DNA of 64,000 bases from Macrostomum lignano (taxonomy: Eukaryota): assembly GCA_002269645.1 (NCBI GenBank), contig NIVC01000035.1, forward strand, positions 735,362 through 799,361. Reading direction: 5' to 3'. Each line of letters starts with the position of its first letter. Positions within the stretch are counted from its first letter, which is position 1. The translations under genes were made by a program, and so were the position numbers. Under the pieces are notes generated by a model. That model was not told where the DNA came from. It made no database searches and saw nothing but the letters and a program-made list of their open reading frames with translations. Shown here piece after piece: positions 1-13,944 of this stretch.

Positions 1-300
1 GAGGGAGAGAGAGGGAGAGTAAGAGGGAGAGGGAGAGGGGGGGAGAGGGGGAGGGAGAGGGAGAGGGAAAGAGAGGAGAGAGGAAGAAGATGGAGAGAGA
101 GAGAGGAGAGGGAGAGAGAGGGAGAGTAAGGGAGAGAGGGAGAGGGAGAGAGGGGAGAGAGGATGAAGAGAGGGAGGGGAGAGAGAGGAAGAAGAGGGAG
201 GGGGGAGAGGATGAGGAAGAGGGTGAGGAAAGGAGAGGGAAAGGAAGAGAGAAGAAGAAGAGGGAGAGGAGGAGGGGTGAAAGGAGAGGAAGAGAGAGTT
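1..300. repeat. Polypurine (GA-rich) low-complexity tract
   Basis: Almost only G and A (GAGA/GGGAGA/GAGGA) from the window start; the overlapping E/R/G-rich ORFs are by-products. Confidence 0.95.
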
Positions 301-2072
301 GTTGTGGAGAAAAGGGTAAACAGGGTTTTCGAGTTGGGATTTTTTGATAAAGCAAATTACCCAGACATATAGCTAGAGCTTCAGGGATCTTACTGTGTCA
401 GCAGCTGCCATATATGCAATATTAATTAATCAGACTTAAAGAGCAAAAGAAGAATAAGATAAATAAGGATATCTGTGTTGCATCATTCATTTTTGGCTTT
501 TATTGTATAAATAGCCGGTGGTTCAAAAATGCACCGGTTTTTTGTAGTTTCTTTGAAATGAGAGTTCAAAATAACAGCTTAAACTCCGCCGACTTTTATT
601 GGGGGTCAGCTGACAGGGGGTCATAAGTGTCATGAACTTGGCTACGCCAGTACGCCACAGGTAGGCGAGGTAGCTTTAGTAGTATATCTAATAGTGTTGG
701 TTACAAGTATAGACCAGTCACCATACTGCAAGACAAACGGGCTGTTTCTTATTTTTCTAAAACTCATTCAATCAAGTTTTAATGTTCAATCCCCAATCGA
801 ATCTTGAGAGTCGAAGCTCCCGCTCTCATAGTACCGTTTCCTCTCAAGCTCCCACACTAAGCTCTATTATTGGTTTCAAATCTCCGGGGCAAGGGAAGGG
901 TAAACATCGATAGCGCTGCCCGGGGTTGGCTGGTTTGGAAATTTAAGAGGGGGGGGGTAGATTGGACGGTCGCGCTGTGTGCACTGTGTGCAGGCCGCCC
1001 AGTCTTCTCAGTGGGGCTAGGAAATGGAGCGGTGCGGCGCGTTTAATAAGTTTGGGGAGGTGGGGTGGGGTGGCGGCGCCGCGTACGGAGAGAGAGGAGT
1101 GGTGTTGGTCTGAATTGGTTTTCTTCACCCGGCCCACCACCCCATCCACCCGTGGCCCCTCCAACCCCACCACAACCTCAAATCAGAGAGGCTTTATATA
1201 TTGAAGTTTCGGCTGTGCGTGCTTACTGGTAGAAAACAAAGTGAAGGCGTGAAGGCTTGGCGCGCTGTAAAGACAGCAGCCAATGCTTGTCCAAAGCCTT
1301 TTTAAGTCGTTAAAGATAAGAGGACTGACTGAGCTCACAATAGGGTGTGTCGGGCTGTTCCGAGTTCAGTTGTCCTGAAATCTCGCAGCTCCACAACCAA
1401 CGCCAACGGCTGCGAAGGCTAACTTTGATTGCAGTGTAACTGTAAGTCTTAAGAAGAAACTGTAACTGTAACTGTAAGAAACTTTAATTTGTATTTTTAG
1501 TATGTGTGGTGTGGATTACCTTCTTATTTAGAAAATAGTTGGGATGAATCATCAATGCGATGTAGATGTTCATTGGACATTGGTCTTTCTGCTTTGTTAG
1601 ATTTTACCTACTAATAGTAATGTTGTAGCCTTGGTATAACTATATAAATCGAGTGTTTCGAGAAAGGCCTAAGCCTCGGACTAGGTAGGGCCGTAGGGGG
1701 CGTAACGAAAAGTACATTCATAAGAAAGAAATCGCGCTACCCCAACCCGAAGCAACAACTGTTGCATTAATTGTAGCAATTTTGCCTTGCTTGCTTTTTC
1801 AGTTAGTCGAAGTTCGGTTGTGCCGTAATTTTTTATAGCATTACCAAATTACCATGTCTAGTAGCGCGACTACTGCCTTACCTATAACCTATTATACTAA
1901 TAATCATAAAATAACTGGGGAAGACTAGTATACGGCTAGGATAAAAATCCATATTGAACAGATGTTTTACAATCTATCCTACTATACTAGTATAAGTTGT
2001 ATAACTCGACCTTGAAATGCGCACTTGCGAGCCCGCCGCTTGTAAACAGTAGGGCTCCCCGGCTCAGCCTCT

Positions 2073-2153
2073 GGGACAGGGCCCACAGGGCCTGGGCTTC
2101 CTTTAAACACAAGGGACAGGGCCCACAGGGCCTGGGCTTCCTTTAAACACAAG
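2073..2153. repeat. Perfect 40-bp tandem duplication
   Basis: GGGACAGGGCCCACAGGGCCTGGGCTTCCTTTAAACACAA at 2073-2112 and 2113-2152. Confidence 0.95.
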
Positions 2154-2875
2154 TTCCGGAGAAGGAGGGAACAGGGAATGGGAGGATTTTCGTCGCATTG
2201 CGATGCTATCTGGGACTGGGACAGTTTACTTTTCAAAGATCTAGCACTAGCTATTATATAATTTTAACTTCTTACTCTAAATTATACGATCTCAAGTGTT
2301 TTCATTTATTTGAATGAAGTTCAAATCCAGTATAGAGCGCAGGCGTACAAACCAATAATTTTTCAATACGATAGCAATAGAGTAGGACCCCCGAACTCCT
2401 TAGTCCTACTCCTAACTTATTTATTTATAAAGCAAGCCTCTCTAACCTAAACTAGGCAATTTCGCATCTTATCTTATCAGTTATAACAGCACTGAGAATA
2501 GGCCAGCCAGAGAGCGGAGTTTTGAGTATAGGAAGGACAAGCAGCACCCCCCTCCGCTGTGTCCTGTCCTTACTTTGCCAGTTTTTGCTCCATAGGACAA
2601 TTACGAAATAAAGTTTGTTAATTAACTAACTGCGTCTTTTGTGGAAACATTAGCGGAAGAATTATTATTAAGAAAGCTGGGATTACTCAGTGGGAGGCAA
2701 GATTTTGGCATAGCTGATGGAAGTCAAGCCATTATTACTCAGCTATGTCAAGTCTTACCATCAACTGATCCCTGATTCTACAATTCTAATATGCTTTTTA
2801 CTAATCCTCCGAGTTTGCAGAAAATTCATTTACTAATAATACTTTTATTGACAAATATGCTTACCCTGCGTTCAA

Positions 2876-5800
2876 GATGTTCAAGATAACCGGCGATTTG
2901 GGATCTCAGGTGAAGAGAACCGGTGATTTGGGATCTCAGGTGAAGAGAACCGGCGATTTGGGATCTCAGGTGAAGAGAACCGCTGAACCGGTGATTTGGG
3001 ATCTCAGGTGAAGAGAACCGGTGATTTGGGATATCAGGTAAAGAGAACCGGTGATTTAGAATCTCAGGTGAAGAGAATCGGCTGATTTGGGATCTTGGGT
3101 GAAGAGAATCGGTGATTTGGGATCTCAGGTAAAGAAATCCGGCGATTTGGGATCTCAGGTGAGGAGAACCGGTGATTTAGGATCTCGGGTAAAGAGAACC
3201 GGTGTTTGGGATCTCAGGTGAAGAGAACCGGTGATTTTGGATCTCCAGTCAAGATAACCGGCGATTTGGGATCTCAGGTGAAGAGAACCGGTGATTTTGG
3301 ATCTCAGGTGAAGATAACCGGTGATTTGGGATCTCAGGTGAAGAGAACCGGTGATTTTTTATCTCCGGTCAAGATAACCGGCGATTTGGGATCTCAGGTG
3401 AAGAGAACCGGTGATTTTTGATCTCCGGTCAAGATAACCGGCGATTTGGGATCTCAGGTGAAGAGAACCGGTGATTTTTGATCTCCGGTCAAGATAACCG
3501 GCGATTTGGGATCTCAGGTGAAGAGAACCGGTGATTTTGGATCTCCGTCTCCGGTCAAGATAACCGGCGATTTGGGATCTCAGGTGAAGAGAACCGGTGA
3601 TTTTGGATCTCAGGTGAAGAGAACCGGTGATTTTTTATCTCCGGTCAAGATAACCGGCGATTTGGGATCTCAGGTGAAGAGAACCGGTGATTTTTGATCT
3701 CCGGTCAAGATAACCGGCGATTTGGGATCTCAGGTGAAGAGAATCGGTGATTTTGGATCTCCGTCTCCGGTCAAGATAACCGGCGATTTGGGATCTCAGG
3801 TGAAGAGAATCGGTGATTTGGGATCTCAGGTAAAGAGAACCGGTGATTTGGGATCTCAGGTGAAGAGAACCGGTGATTTTGGATCTCCGGTCAAGATAAC
3901 CGGCGATTTGGGATCTCAGGTGAAGAGAACCGGTGATTTGTTTCTCAGTTAAAGAGAACCGGTGATTTGGGATCTTAGGTGAAGAGAACCGGTGATTTTT
4001 GATCTCCGGTCAAGATAACCGGCGATTTGGGATCTCAGGTGAAGAGAACCGGTGATTTTTTATCTCCGGTCAAGATAACCGACGATTTGGGATCTCAGGT
4101 GAAGAGAACCGGTGATTTTGGATCTCCGTCTCCGGTCAAGATAACCGGCGATTTGGGATCTCAGGTGAAGAGAACCGGTGATTTTGGATCTCAGGTGAAG
4201 ATAACCGGTGATTTGGGATCTCAGGTGAAGAGAACCGGTGATTTTTTATCTCCGGTCAAGATAACTGGTGATTTGGGATCTCAGGTGAAGAGAACCGGTG
4301 ATTTAGGATCTCGGGTAAAGAGAACCGGTGTTTGGGATCTCAGGTGAAGAGAACCGGTGATTTTGGATCTCCAGTCAAGATAACCGGCGATTTGGGATCT
4401 CAGGTGAAGAGAACCGGTGATTTTGGATCTCAGGTGAAGATAACCGGCGATTTGGGATCTCAGGTGAAGAGAACCGGTGATTTTTGATCTCCGGTCAAGA
4501 TAACCGGCGATTTGGGATCTCAGGTGAAGAGAATCGGTGATTTTGGATCTCCGTCTCCGGTCAAGATAACCGGCGATTTGGGATCTCAGGTGAAGAGAAT
4601 CGGTGATTTGGGATCTCAGGTAAAGAGAACCGGTGATTTGGGATCTCAGGTGAAGAGAACCGGTGATTTTGGATCTCCGGTCAAGATAACCGGCGATTTG
4701 GGATCTCAGGTGAAGAGAACCGGTGATTTGTTTCTCAGTTAAAGAGAACCGGTGATTTGGGATCTTAGGTGAAGAGAACCGGTGATTTTTGATCTCCGGT
4801 CAAGATAACCGGCGATTTGGGATCTTAGGTGAAGAGAACCGGTGATTTTTGATCTCCGGTCAAGATAACCGACGATTTGGGATCTCAGGTGAAGAGAACC
4901 GGTGATTTTGGATCTCCGTCTCCGGTCAAGATAACCGGCGATTTGGGATCTCAGGTGAAGAGAATCGGTGATTTTGGATCTCCGTCTCCGGTCAAGATAA
5001 CCGGCGATTTGGGATCTCAGGTGAAGAGAACCGGTGATTTTGGATCTCAGGTGAAGATAACCGGTGATTTGGGATCTCAGGTGAAGAGAACCGGTGATTT
5101 TTTATCTCCGGTCAAGATAACCGGTGATTTGGGATCTCAGGTGAAGAGAACCGGTGATTTGGGATCTCCAGTCAAGATAACCGGCGATTTGGGATCTCGG
5201 GTAAAGAGAACCGGTGATTTGGGATCTTGGGTGAAGAGAACGGTGATTTGGGATCTCAGGTAAACAGAACCGGTGATTTAGGATCTCCAGTCAAGATAAC
5301 CGGCGATTTGGGATCTCAGGTGAAGAGAACCGGCGATTTGGGATCTCAGGTGAAGAGAACCGGTGATTTTTGATCTCCGGTCAAGATAACCGGCGATTTG
5401 GGATCTCAGGTGAAGAGAACCGGCGATTTGGGATCTCAGGTGAAGAGAACCGGTGATTTTTGATCTCCGGTCAAGATAACCGGCGATTTGGGATCTCAGG
5501 TGAAGAGAACCGGTGATTTTGGATCTCCGTCTCCGGTCAAGATAACCGGCGATTTGGGATCTCAGGTGAAGAGAACCGGTGATTTTGGATCTCAGGTGAA
5601 GAGAACCGGTGATTTTTTATCTCCGGTCAAGATAACCGGCGATTTGGGATCTCAGGTGAAGAGAACCGGTGATTTTTGATCTCCGGTCAAGATAACCGGC
5701 GATTTGGGATCTCAGGTGAAGAGAATCGGTGATTTTGGATCTCCGTCTCCGGTCAAGATAACCGGCGATTTGGGATCTCAGGTGAAGAGAATCGGTGATT

Positions 5801-8800
5801 TGGGATCTCAGGTAAAGAGAACCGGTGATTTGGGATCTCAGGTGAAGAGAACCGGTGATTTTGGATCTCCGGTCAAGATAACCGGCGATTTGGGATCTCA
5901 GGTGAAGAGAACCGGTGATTTGTTTCTCAGTTAAAGAGAACCGGTGATTTGGGATCTTAGGTGAAGAGAACCGGTGATTTTTGATCTCCGGTCAAGATAA
6001 CCGGCGATTTGGGATCTCAGGTGAAGAGAACCGGTGATTTTTTATCTCCGGTCAAGATAACCGGCGATTTGGGATCTCAGGTGAAGAGAACCGGTGATTT
6101 TGGATCTCAGGTGAAGAGAACCGGTGATTTTTTATCTCCGGTCAAGATAACCGGCGATTTGGGATCTCAGGTGAAGAGAACCGGTGATTTTTGATCTCCG
6201 GTCAAGATAACCGGCGATTTGGGATCTCAGGTGAAGAGAATCGGTGATTTTGGATCTCCGTCTCCGGTCAAGATAACCGGCGATTTGGGATCTCAGGTGA
6301 AGAGAATCGGTGATTTGGGATCTCAGGTAAAGAGAACTGGTGATTTGGGATCTCAGGTGAAGAGAACCGGTGATTTTGGATCTCCGGTCAAGATAACCGG
6401 CGATTTGGGATCTCAGGTGAAGAGAACCGGTGATTTGTTTCTCAGTTAAAGAGAACCGGTGATTTGGGATCTTAGGTGAAGAGAACCGGTGATTTTTGAT
6501 CTCCGGTCAAGATAACCGGCGATTTGGGATCTCAGGTGAAGAGAACCGGTGATTTGTTTCTCAGTTAAAGAGAACCGGTGATTTGGGATCTTAGGTGAAG
6601 AGAACCGGTGATTTTTGATCTCCGGTCAAGATAACCGGCGATTTGGGATCTCAGGTGAAGAGAACCGGTGATTTTTGATCTCCGTCTCCGGTCAAGATAA
6701 CCGGCGATTTGGGATCTCAGGTGAAGAGAACCGGTGATTTTGGATCTCAGGTGAAGATAACCGGTGATTTGGGATCTCAGGTGAAGAGAACCGGTGATTT
6801 TTTATCTCCGGTCAAGATAACCGACGATTTGGGATCTCAGGTGAAGAGAACCGGTGATTTTGGATCTCCGTCTCCGGTCAAGATAACCGGCGATTTGGGA
6901 TCTCAGGTGAAGAGAACCGGTGATTTTGGATCTCAGGTGAAGATAACCGGTGATTTGGGATCTCAGGTGAAGAGAACCGGTGATTTTTATCTCCGGTCAA
7001 GATAACCGGCGATTTGGGATCTCAGGTGAAGAGAACCGGTGATTTTGGATCTCCGGTCAAGATAACCGACGATTTGGGATCTCAGGTGAAGAGAACCGGT
7101 GATTTTGGATCTCCGTCTCCGGTCAAGATAACCGGCGATTTGGGATCTCAGGTGAAGAGAACCGGTGATTTTGGATCTCAGGTGAAGATAACCGGTGATT
7201 TGGGATCTCAGGTGAAGAGAACCGGTGATTTTTTATCTCCGGTCAAGATAACCGGCGATTTGGGATCTCAGGTGAAGAGAACCGGTGATTTTTGATCTCC
7301 GGTCAAGATAACCGGCGATTTGGGATCTCAGGTGAAGAGAACCGGTGATTTTTGATCTCCGGTCAAGATAACCGGCGATTTGGGATCTCAGGTGAAGAGA
7401 ACCGGTGATTTTGGATCTCCGTCTCCGGTCAAGATAACCGGCGATTTGGGATCTCAGGTGAAGAGAACCGGTGATTTTGGATCTCAGGTGAAGAGAACCG
7501 GTGATTTTTTATCTCCGGTCAAGATAACCGGCGATTTGGGATCTCAGGTGAAGAGAACCGGTGATTTTTGATCTCCGGTCAAGATAACCGGCGATTTGGG
7601 ATCTCAGGTGAAGAGAACCGGTGATTTTGGATCTCCGTCTCCGGTCAAGATAACCGGCGATTTGGGATCTCAGGTGAAGAGAACCGGTGATTTTGGATCT
7701 CAGGTGAAGAGAACCGGTGATTTGTTTCTCAGTTAAGAGAACCGGTGATTTGGGATCTTAGGTGAAGAGAACCGGTGATTTTTGATCTCCGGTCAAGATA
7801 ACCGGCGATTTGGGATCTCAGGTGAAGAGAACCGGTGATTTTTTATCTCCGGTCAAGATAACCGACGATTTGGGATCTCAGGTGAAGAGAACCGGTGATT
7901 TTGGATCTCCGTCTCCGGTCAAGATAACCGGCGATTTGGGATCTCAGGTGAAGAGAACCGGTGATTTTGGATCTCAGGTGAAGATAACCGGTGATTTGGG
8001 ATCTCAGGTGAAGAGAACCGGTGATTTTTTATCTCCGGTCAAGATAACCGGTGATTTGGGATCTCAGGTGAAGAGAACCGGTGATTTAGGATCTCGGGTA
8101 AAGAGAACCGGTGTTTGGGATCTCAGGTGAAGAGAACCGGTGATTTTGGATCTCCAGTCAAGATAACCGGCGATTTGGGATCTCAGGTGAAGAGAACCGG
8201 TGATTTTGGATCTCAGGTGAAGAGAACCGGTGATTTTTTATCTCCGGTCAAGATAACCGGCGATTTGGGATCTCAGGTGAAGAGAACCGGTGATTTTTGA
8301 TCTCCGGTCAAGATAACCGGCGATTTGGGATCTCAGGTGAAGAGAATCGGTGATTTTGGATCTCCGTCTCCGGTCAAGATAACCGGCGATTTGGGATCTC
8401 AGGTGAAGAGAATCGGTGATTTGGGATCTCAGGTAAAGAGAACTGGTGATTTGGGATCTCAGGTGAAGAGAACCGGTGATTTTGGATCTCCGGTCAAGAT
8501 AACCGGCGATTTGGGATCTCAGGTGAAGAGAACCGGTGATTTGTTTCTCAGTTAAAGAGAACCGGTGATTTGGGATCTTAGGTGAAGAGAACCGGTGATT
8601 TTTGATCTCCGGTCAAGATAACCGGCGATTTGGGATCTCAGGTGAAGAGAACCGGTGATTTGTTTCTCAGTTAAAGAGAACCGGTGATTTGGGATCTTAG
8701 GTGAAGAGAACCGGTGATTTTTGATCTCCGGTCAAGATAACCGGCGATTTGGGATCTCAGGTGAAGAGAATCGGTGATTTTGGATCTCCGTCTCCGGTCA

Positions 8801-11800
8801 AGATAACCGGCGATTTGGGATCTCAGGTGAAGAGAACCGGTGATTTTGGATCTCAGGTGAAGATAACCGGTGATTTGGGATCTCAGGTGAAGAGAACCGG
8901 TGATTTTTTATCTCCGGTCAAGATAACCGGCGATTTGGGATCTCAGGTGAAGAGAACCGGTGATTTTGGATCTCCGGTCAAGATAACCGACGATTTGGGA
9001 TCTCAGGTGAAGAGAACCGGTGATTTTGGATCTCCGTCTCCGGTCAAGATAACCGGCGATTTGGGATCTCAGGTGAAGAGAACCGGTGATTTTGGATCTC
9101 AGGTGAAGATAACCGGTGATTTGGGATCTCAGGTGAAGAGAACCGGTGATTTTTTATCTCCGGTCAAGATAACCGGCGATTTGGGATCTCAGGTGAAGAG
9201 AACCGGTGATTTTGGATCTCCGGTCAAGATAACCGACGATTTGGGATCTCAGGTGAAGAGAACCGGTGATTTTGGATCTCCGTCTCCGGTCAAGATAACC
9301 GGCGATTTGGGATCTCAGGTGAAGAGAACCGGTGATTTTGGATCTCAGGTGAAGATAACCGGCGATTTGGGATCTCAGGTGAAGAGAACCGGTGATTTTT
9401 TATCTCCGGTCAAGATAACCGGCGATTTGGGATCTCAGGTGAAGAGAACCGGTGATTTTTGATCTCCGGTCAAGATAACCGGCGATTTGGGATCTCAGGT
9501 GAAGAGAACCGGTGATTTTTGATCTCCGGTCAAGATAACCGGCGATTTGGGATCTCAGGTGAAGAGAACCGGTGATTTTGGATCTCCGTCTCCGGTCAAG
9601 ATAACCGGCGATTTGGGATCTCAGGTGAAGAGAACCGGTGATTTTGGATCTCAGGTGAAGAGAACCGGTGATTTTTTATCTCCGGTCAAGATAACCGGCG
9701 ATTTGGGATCTCAGGTGAAGAGAACCGGTGATTTTTGATCTCCGGTCAAGATAACCGGCGATTTGGGATCTCAGGTGAAGAGAACCGGTGATTTTGGATC
9801 TCCGTCTCCGGTCAAGATAACCGGCGATTTGGGATCTCAGGTGAAGAGAACCGGTGATTTTGGATCTCAGGTGAAGAGAACCGGTGATTTGTTTCTCAGT
9901 TAAAGAGAACCGGTGATTTGGGATCTTAGGTGAAGAGAACCGGTGATTTTTGATCTCCGGTCAAGATAACCGGCGATTTGGGATCTCAGGTGAAGAGAAC
10001 CGGTGATTTTTTATCTCCGGTCAAGATAACCGACGATTTGGGATCTCAGGTGAAGAGAACCGGTGATTTTGGATCTCCGTCTCCGGTCAAGATAACCGGC
10101 GATTTGGGATCTCAGGTGAAGAGAACCGGTGATTTTGGATCTCAGGTGAAGATAACCGGTGATTTGGGATCTCAGGTGAAGAGAACCGGTGATTTTTTAT
10201 CTCCGGTCAAGATAACCGGTGATTTGGGATCTCAGGTGAAGAGAACCGGTGATTTAGGATCTCGGGTAAAGAGAACCGGTGTTTGGGATCTCAGGTGAAG
10301 AGAACCGGTGATTTTGGATCTCCAGTCAAGATAACCGGCGATTTGGGATCTCAGGTGAAGAGAACCGGTGATTTTGGATCTCAGGTGAAGATAACCGGCG
10401 ATTTGGGATCTCAGGTGAAGAGAACCGGTGATTTTTGATCTCCGGTCAAGATAACCGGCGATTTGGGATCTCAGGTGAAGAGAATCGGTGATTTTGGATC
10501 TCCGTCTCCGGTCAAGATAACCGGCGATTTGGGATCTCAGGTGAAGAGAATCGGTGATTTGGGATCTCAGGTAAAGAGAACCGGTGATTTGGGATCTCAG
10601 GTGAAGAGAACCGGTGATTTTGGATCTCCGGTCAAGATAACCGGCGATTTGGGATCTCAGGTGAAGAGAACCGGTGATTTGTTTCTCAGTTAAAGAGAAC
10701 CGGTGATTTGGGATCTTAGGTGAAGAGAACCGGTGATTTTTGATCTCCGGTCAAGATAACCGACGATTTGGGATCTCAGGTGAAGAGAACCGGTGATTTT
10801 GGATCTCCGTCTCCGGTCAAGATAACCGGCGATTTGGGATCTCAGGTGAAGAGAACCGGTGATTTTGGATCTCAGGTGAAGATAACCGGTGATTTGGGAT
10901 CTCAGGTGAAGAGAACCGGTGATTTTTTATCTCCGGTCAAGATAACCGGTGATTTGGGATCTCAGGTGAAGAGAACCGGTGATTTGGGATCTCAGGTGAA
11001 GATAACCGGTGATTTGGGATCTCAGGTGAAGAGAACCGGTGATTTGGGATCTCCAGTCAAGATAACCGGCGACTTGGGATCTCGGGTAAAGAGAACCGGT
11101 GATTTGGGATCTTGGGTGAAGAGAATCGGTGATTTGGGATCTCAGGTAAACAGAACCGGTGATTTAGGATCTCCAGTCAAGATAACCGGCGATTTGGGAT
11201 CTCAGGTGAAGAGAACCGGCGATTTGGGATCTCAGGTGAAGAGAACCGGTGATTTTTGATCTCCGGTCAAGATAACCGGCGATTTGGGATCTCAGGTGAA
11301 GAGAACCGGCGATTTGGGATCTCAGGTGAAGAGAACCGGTGATTTTTGATCTCCGGTCAAGATAACCGGCGATTTGGGATCTCAGGTGAAGAGAACCGGT
11401 GATTTTGGATCTCCGTCTCCGGTCAAGATAACCGGCGATTTGGGATCTCAGGTGAAGAGAACCGGTGATTTTGGATCTCAGGTGAAGAGAACCGGTGATT
11501 TTTTATCTCCGGTCAAGATAACCGGCGATTTGGGATCTCAGGTGAAGAGAACCGGTGATTTTTGATCTCCGGTCAAGATAACCGGCGATTTGGGATCTCA
11601 GGTGAAGAGAATCGGTGATTTTGGATCTCCGTCTCCGGTCAAGATAACCGGCGATTTGGGATCTCAGGTGAAGAGAATCGGTGATTTGGGATCTCAGGTA
11701 AAGAGAACCGGTGATTTGGGATCTCAGGTGAAGAGAACCGGTGATTTTGGATCTCCGGTCAAGATAACCGGCGATCTGGGATCTCAGGTGAAGAGAACCG

Positions 11801-13285
11801 GTGATTTGTTTCTCAGTTAAAGAGAACCGGTGATTTGGGATCTTAGGTGAAGAGAACCGGTGATTTTTGATCTCCGGTCAAGATAACCGGCGATTTGGGA
11901 TCTCAGGTGAAGAGAACCGGTGATTTTTTATCTCCGGTCAAGATAACCGGCGATTTGGGATCTCAGGTGAAGAGAACCGGTGATTTTGGATCTCAGGTGA
12001 AGAGAACCGGTGATTTTTTATCTCCGGTCAAGATAACCGGCGATTTGGGATCTCAGGTGAAGAGAACCGGTGATTTTTGATCTCCGGTCAAGATAACCGG
12101 CGATTTGGGATCTCAGGTGAAGAGAATCGGTGATTTTGGATCTCCGTCTCCGGTCAAGATAACCGGCGATTTGGGATCTCAGGTGAAGAGAATCGGTGAT
12201 TTGGGATCTCAGGTAAAGAGAACCGGTGATTTGGGATCTCAGGTGAAGAGAACCGGTGATTTTGGATCTCCGGTCAAGATAACCGGCGATTTGGGATCTC
12301 AGGTGAAGAGAACCGGTGATTTGTTTCTCAGTTAAAGAGAACCGGTGATTTGGGATCTTAGGTGAAGAGAACCGGTGATTTTTGATCTCCGGTCAAGATA
12401 ACCGGCGATTTGGGATCTCAGGTGAAGAGAACCGGTGATTTGTTTCTCAGTTAAAGAGAACCGGTGATTTGGGATCTTAGGTGAAGAGAACCGGTGATTT
12501 TTGATCTCCGGTCAAGATAACCGGCGATTTGGGATCTCAGGTGAAGAGAATCGGTGATTTTGGATCTCCGTCTCCGGTCAAGATAACCGGCGATTTGGGA
12601 TCTCAGGTGAAGAGAACCGGTGATTTTGGATCTCAGGTGAAGATAACCGGTGATTTGGGATCTCAGGTGAAGAGAACCGGTGATTTTGGATCTCCGGTCA
12701 AGATAACCGACGATTTGGGATCTCAGGTGAAGAGAACCGGTGATTTTGGATCTCCGTCTCCGGTCAAGATAACCGGCGATTTGGGATCTCAGGTGAAGAG
12801 AACCGGTGATTTTGGATCTCAGGTGAAGATAACCGGTGATTTGGGATCTCAGGTGAAGAGAACCGGTGATTTTTTATCTCCGGTCAAGATAACCGGCGAT
12901 TTGGGATCTCAGGTGAAGAGAATCGGTGATTTTGGATCTCCGTCTCCGGTCAAGATAACCGGCGATTTGGGATTTCAGGTGAAGACAACCGGTGATTTGG
13001 GATCTTAGGTAAAGATAACCGGTGATTTAGGATCTCGGGTAAAGAGAACCGGTGTTTGGGATCTCAGTTAAAGAGAACCGGTGATTTGGGATCTCAGGTC
13101 AAGAAATCCGGTGATTTGGAATCTCAGGTGAAGAGAATCGGTGATTTGGGATCTCAGGTGAAGAGAACCGGTGATTTGGGATCTCAGGTGAAGAGATCGG
13201 TGATTTGGGATCACAGGTAAAGAGAACCGGTGATTTGTGATCTCAGGTAAAGAAAACCGGTGATTCGGGATCTTAGATTTAAGAA
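2876..13285. repeat. 10.4-kb satellite array, 30-bp monomer with A/B dimer and higher-order repeats
   Basis: Monomer B ACCGG(T/C)GATTTGGGATCTCAGGTGAAGAGA largely alternates with monomer A ACCGGTGATTTT(T/G)(G/T)ATCTCCGGTCAAGATA. Recurrent variants include a +6 (CCGTCT) 36-mer, +1 T 31-mers and a 29-mer GATTTGTTTCTCAGTTAAAGAGA. Monomers are more diverged at both edges. Confidence 0.97.
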
Positions 13286-13944
13286 ATCCATACAGATCGG
13301 TGTCCTGCAGGTCTCAAGGTTCGTTTCGTACTTCGTTTGCAGAAAAAAGTCTCATAAGAGATAGCTGAAACCTGTCAGTCAGTCAGGCGTTGTGAGTCAT
13401 CAGTTCACCTAAAATAAAAAGCATTTTTGAGTACCTGCCAACTCCATATAGTCGTATAATAGATACATGGCTATGCGCAGAAAATTTTCCGAGATATTTT
13501 GATACACTGAGACTGTCACTGCGGCTTGCCTGCGCCCCCCCATAGAGCTCAACCAGTTTAATAAAAAAATTGAAATTGAAGAACTACACTATATCGAATA
13601 GCTCCATAGCAGCGAATTTAATACAATGCAACCCATGACAGCCGAAGTGTATATTAGAGAATGAAGCTGCGTGAGTTCAAGATTGAAGCTTCTCGTCCTC
13701 TGTATTGGAGCCCGCCGGTGCTGCACACTTGAGCACGATTCGAGCCTGCATGCAGTGTCTTGTGTGTTTAGGCTGTTTCTCACCTTAACGTGGCGTTTCA
13801 GACCCTGTTGCGTTTTGTAATATACGACTAACACTGAGCTGCTCAATTTTTAGTTTGGTTAGTTCTCGTAGCAAGATTTGCGTGTGCCGTGTGGCTGGAG
13901 ATTATTAATTACTCATGCATCTGCTGTTAGCCTGGTCCCGTGTG

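Noticed and set aside
90-372. E/R/G-rich ORFs, and the mirror L/S/P-rich ORFs at 38407-39198
   Set aside because: Low-complexity GA/CT tracts.
515-543. Rho-independent terminator-like hairpin plus T run
   Set aside because: Eukaryotic context with no upstream gene; a 6-bp stem can occur by chance.
3206-13008. Dozens of MGSQVKRTGD ORFs
   Set aside because: Translation of a 30-bp satellite from TTG starts, with frequent frame breaks; no evidence of coding.
13589-13846. ORF with YKTQQGLKRH resembling a C2H2 finger tail
   Set aside because: No upstream Cys pair or other supporting domain.
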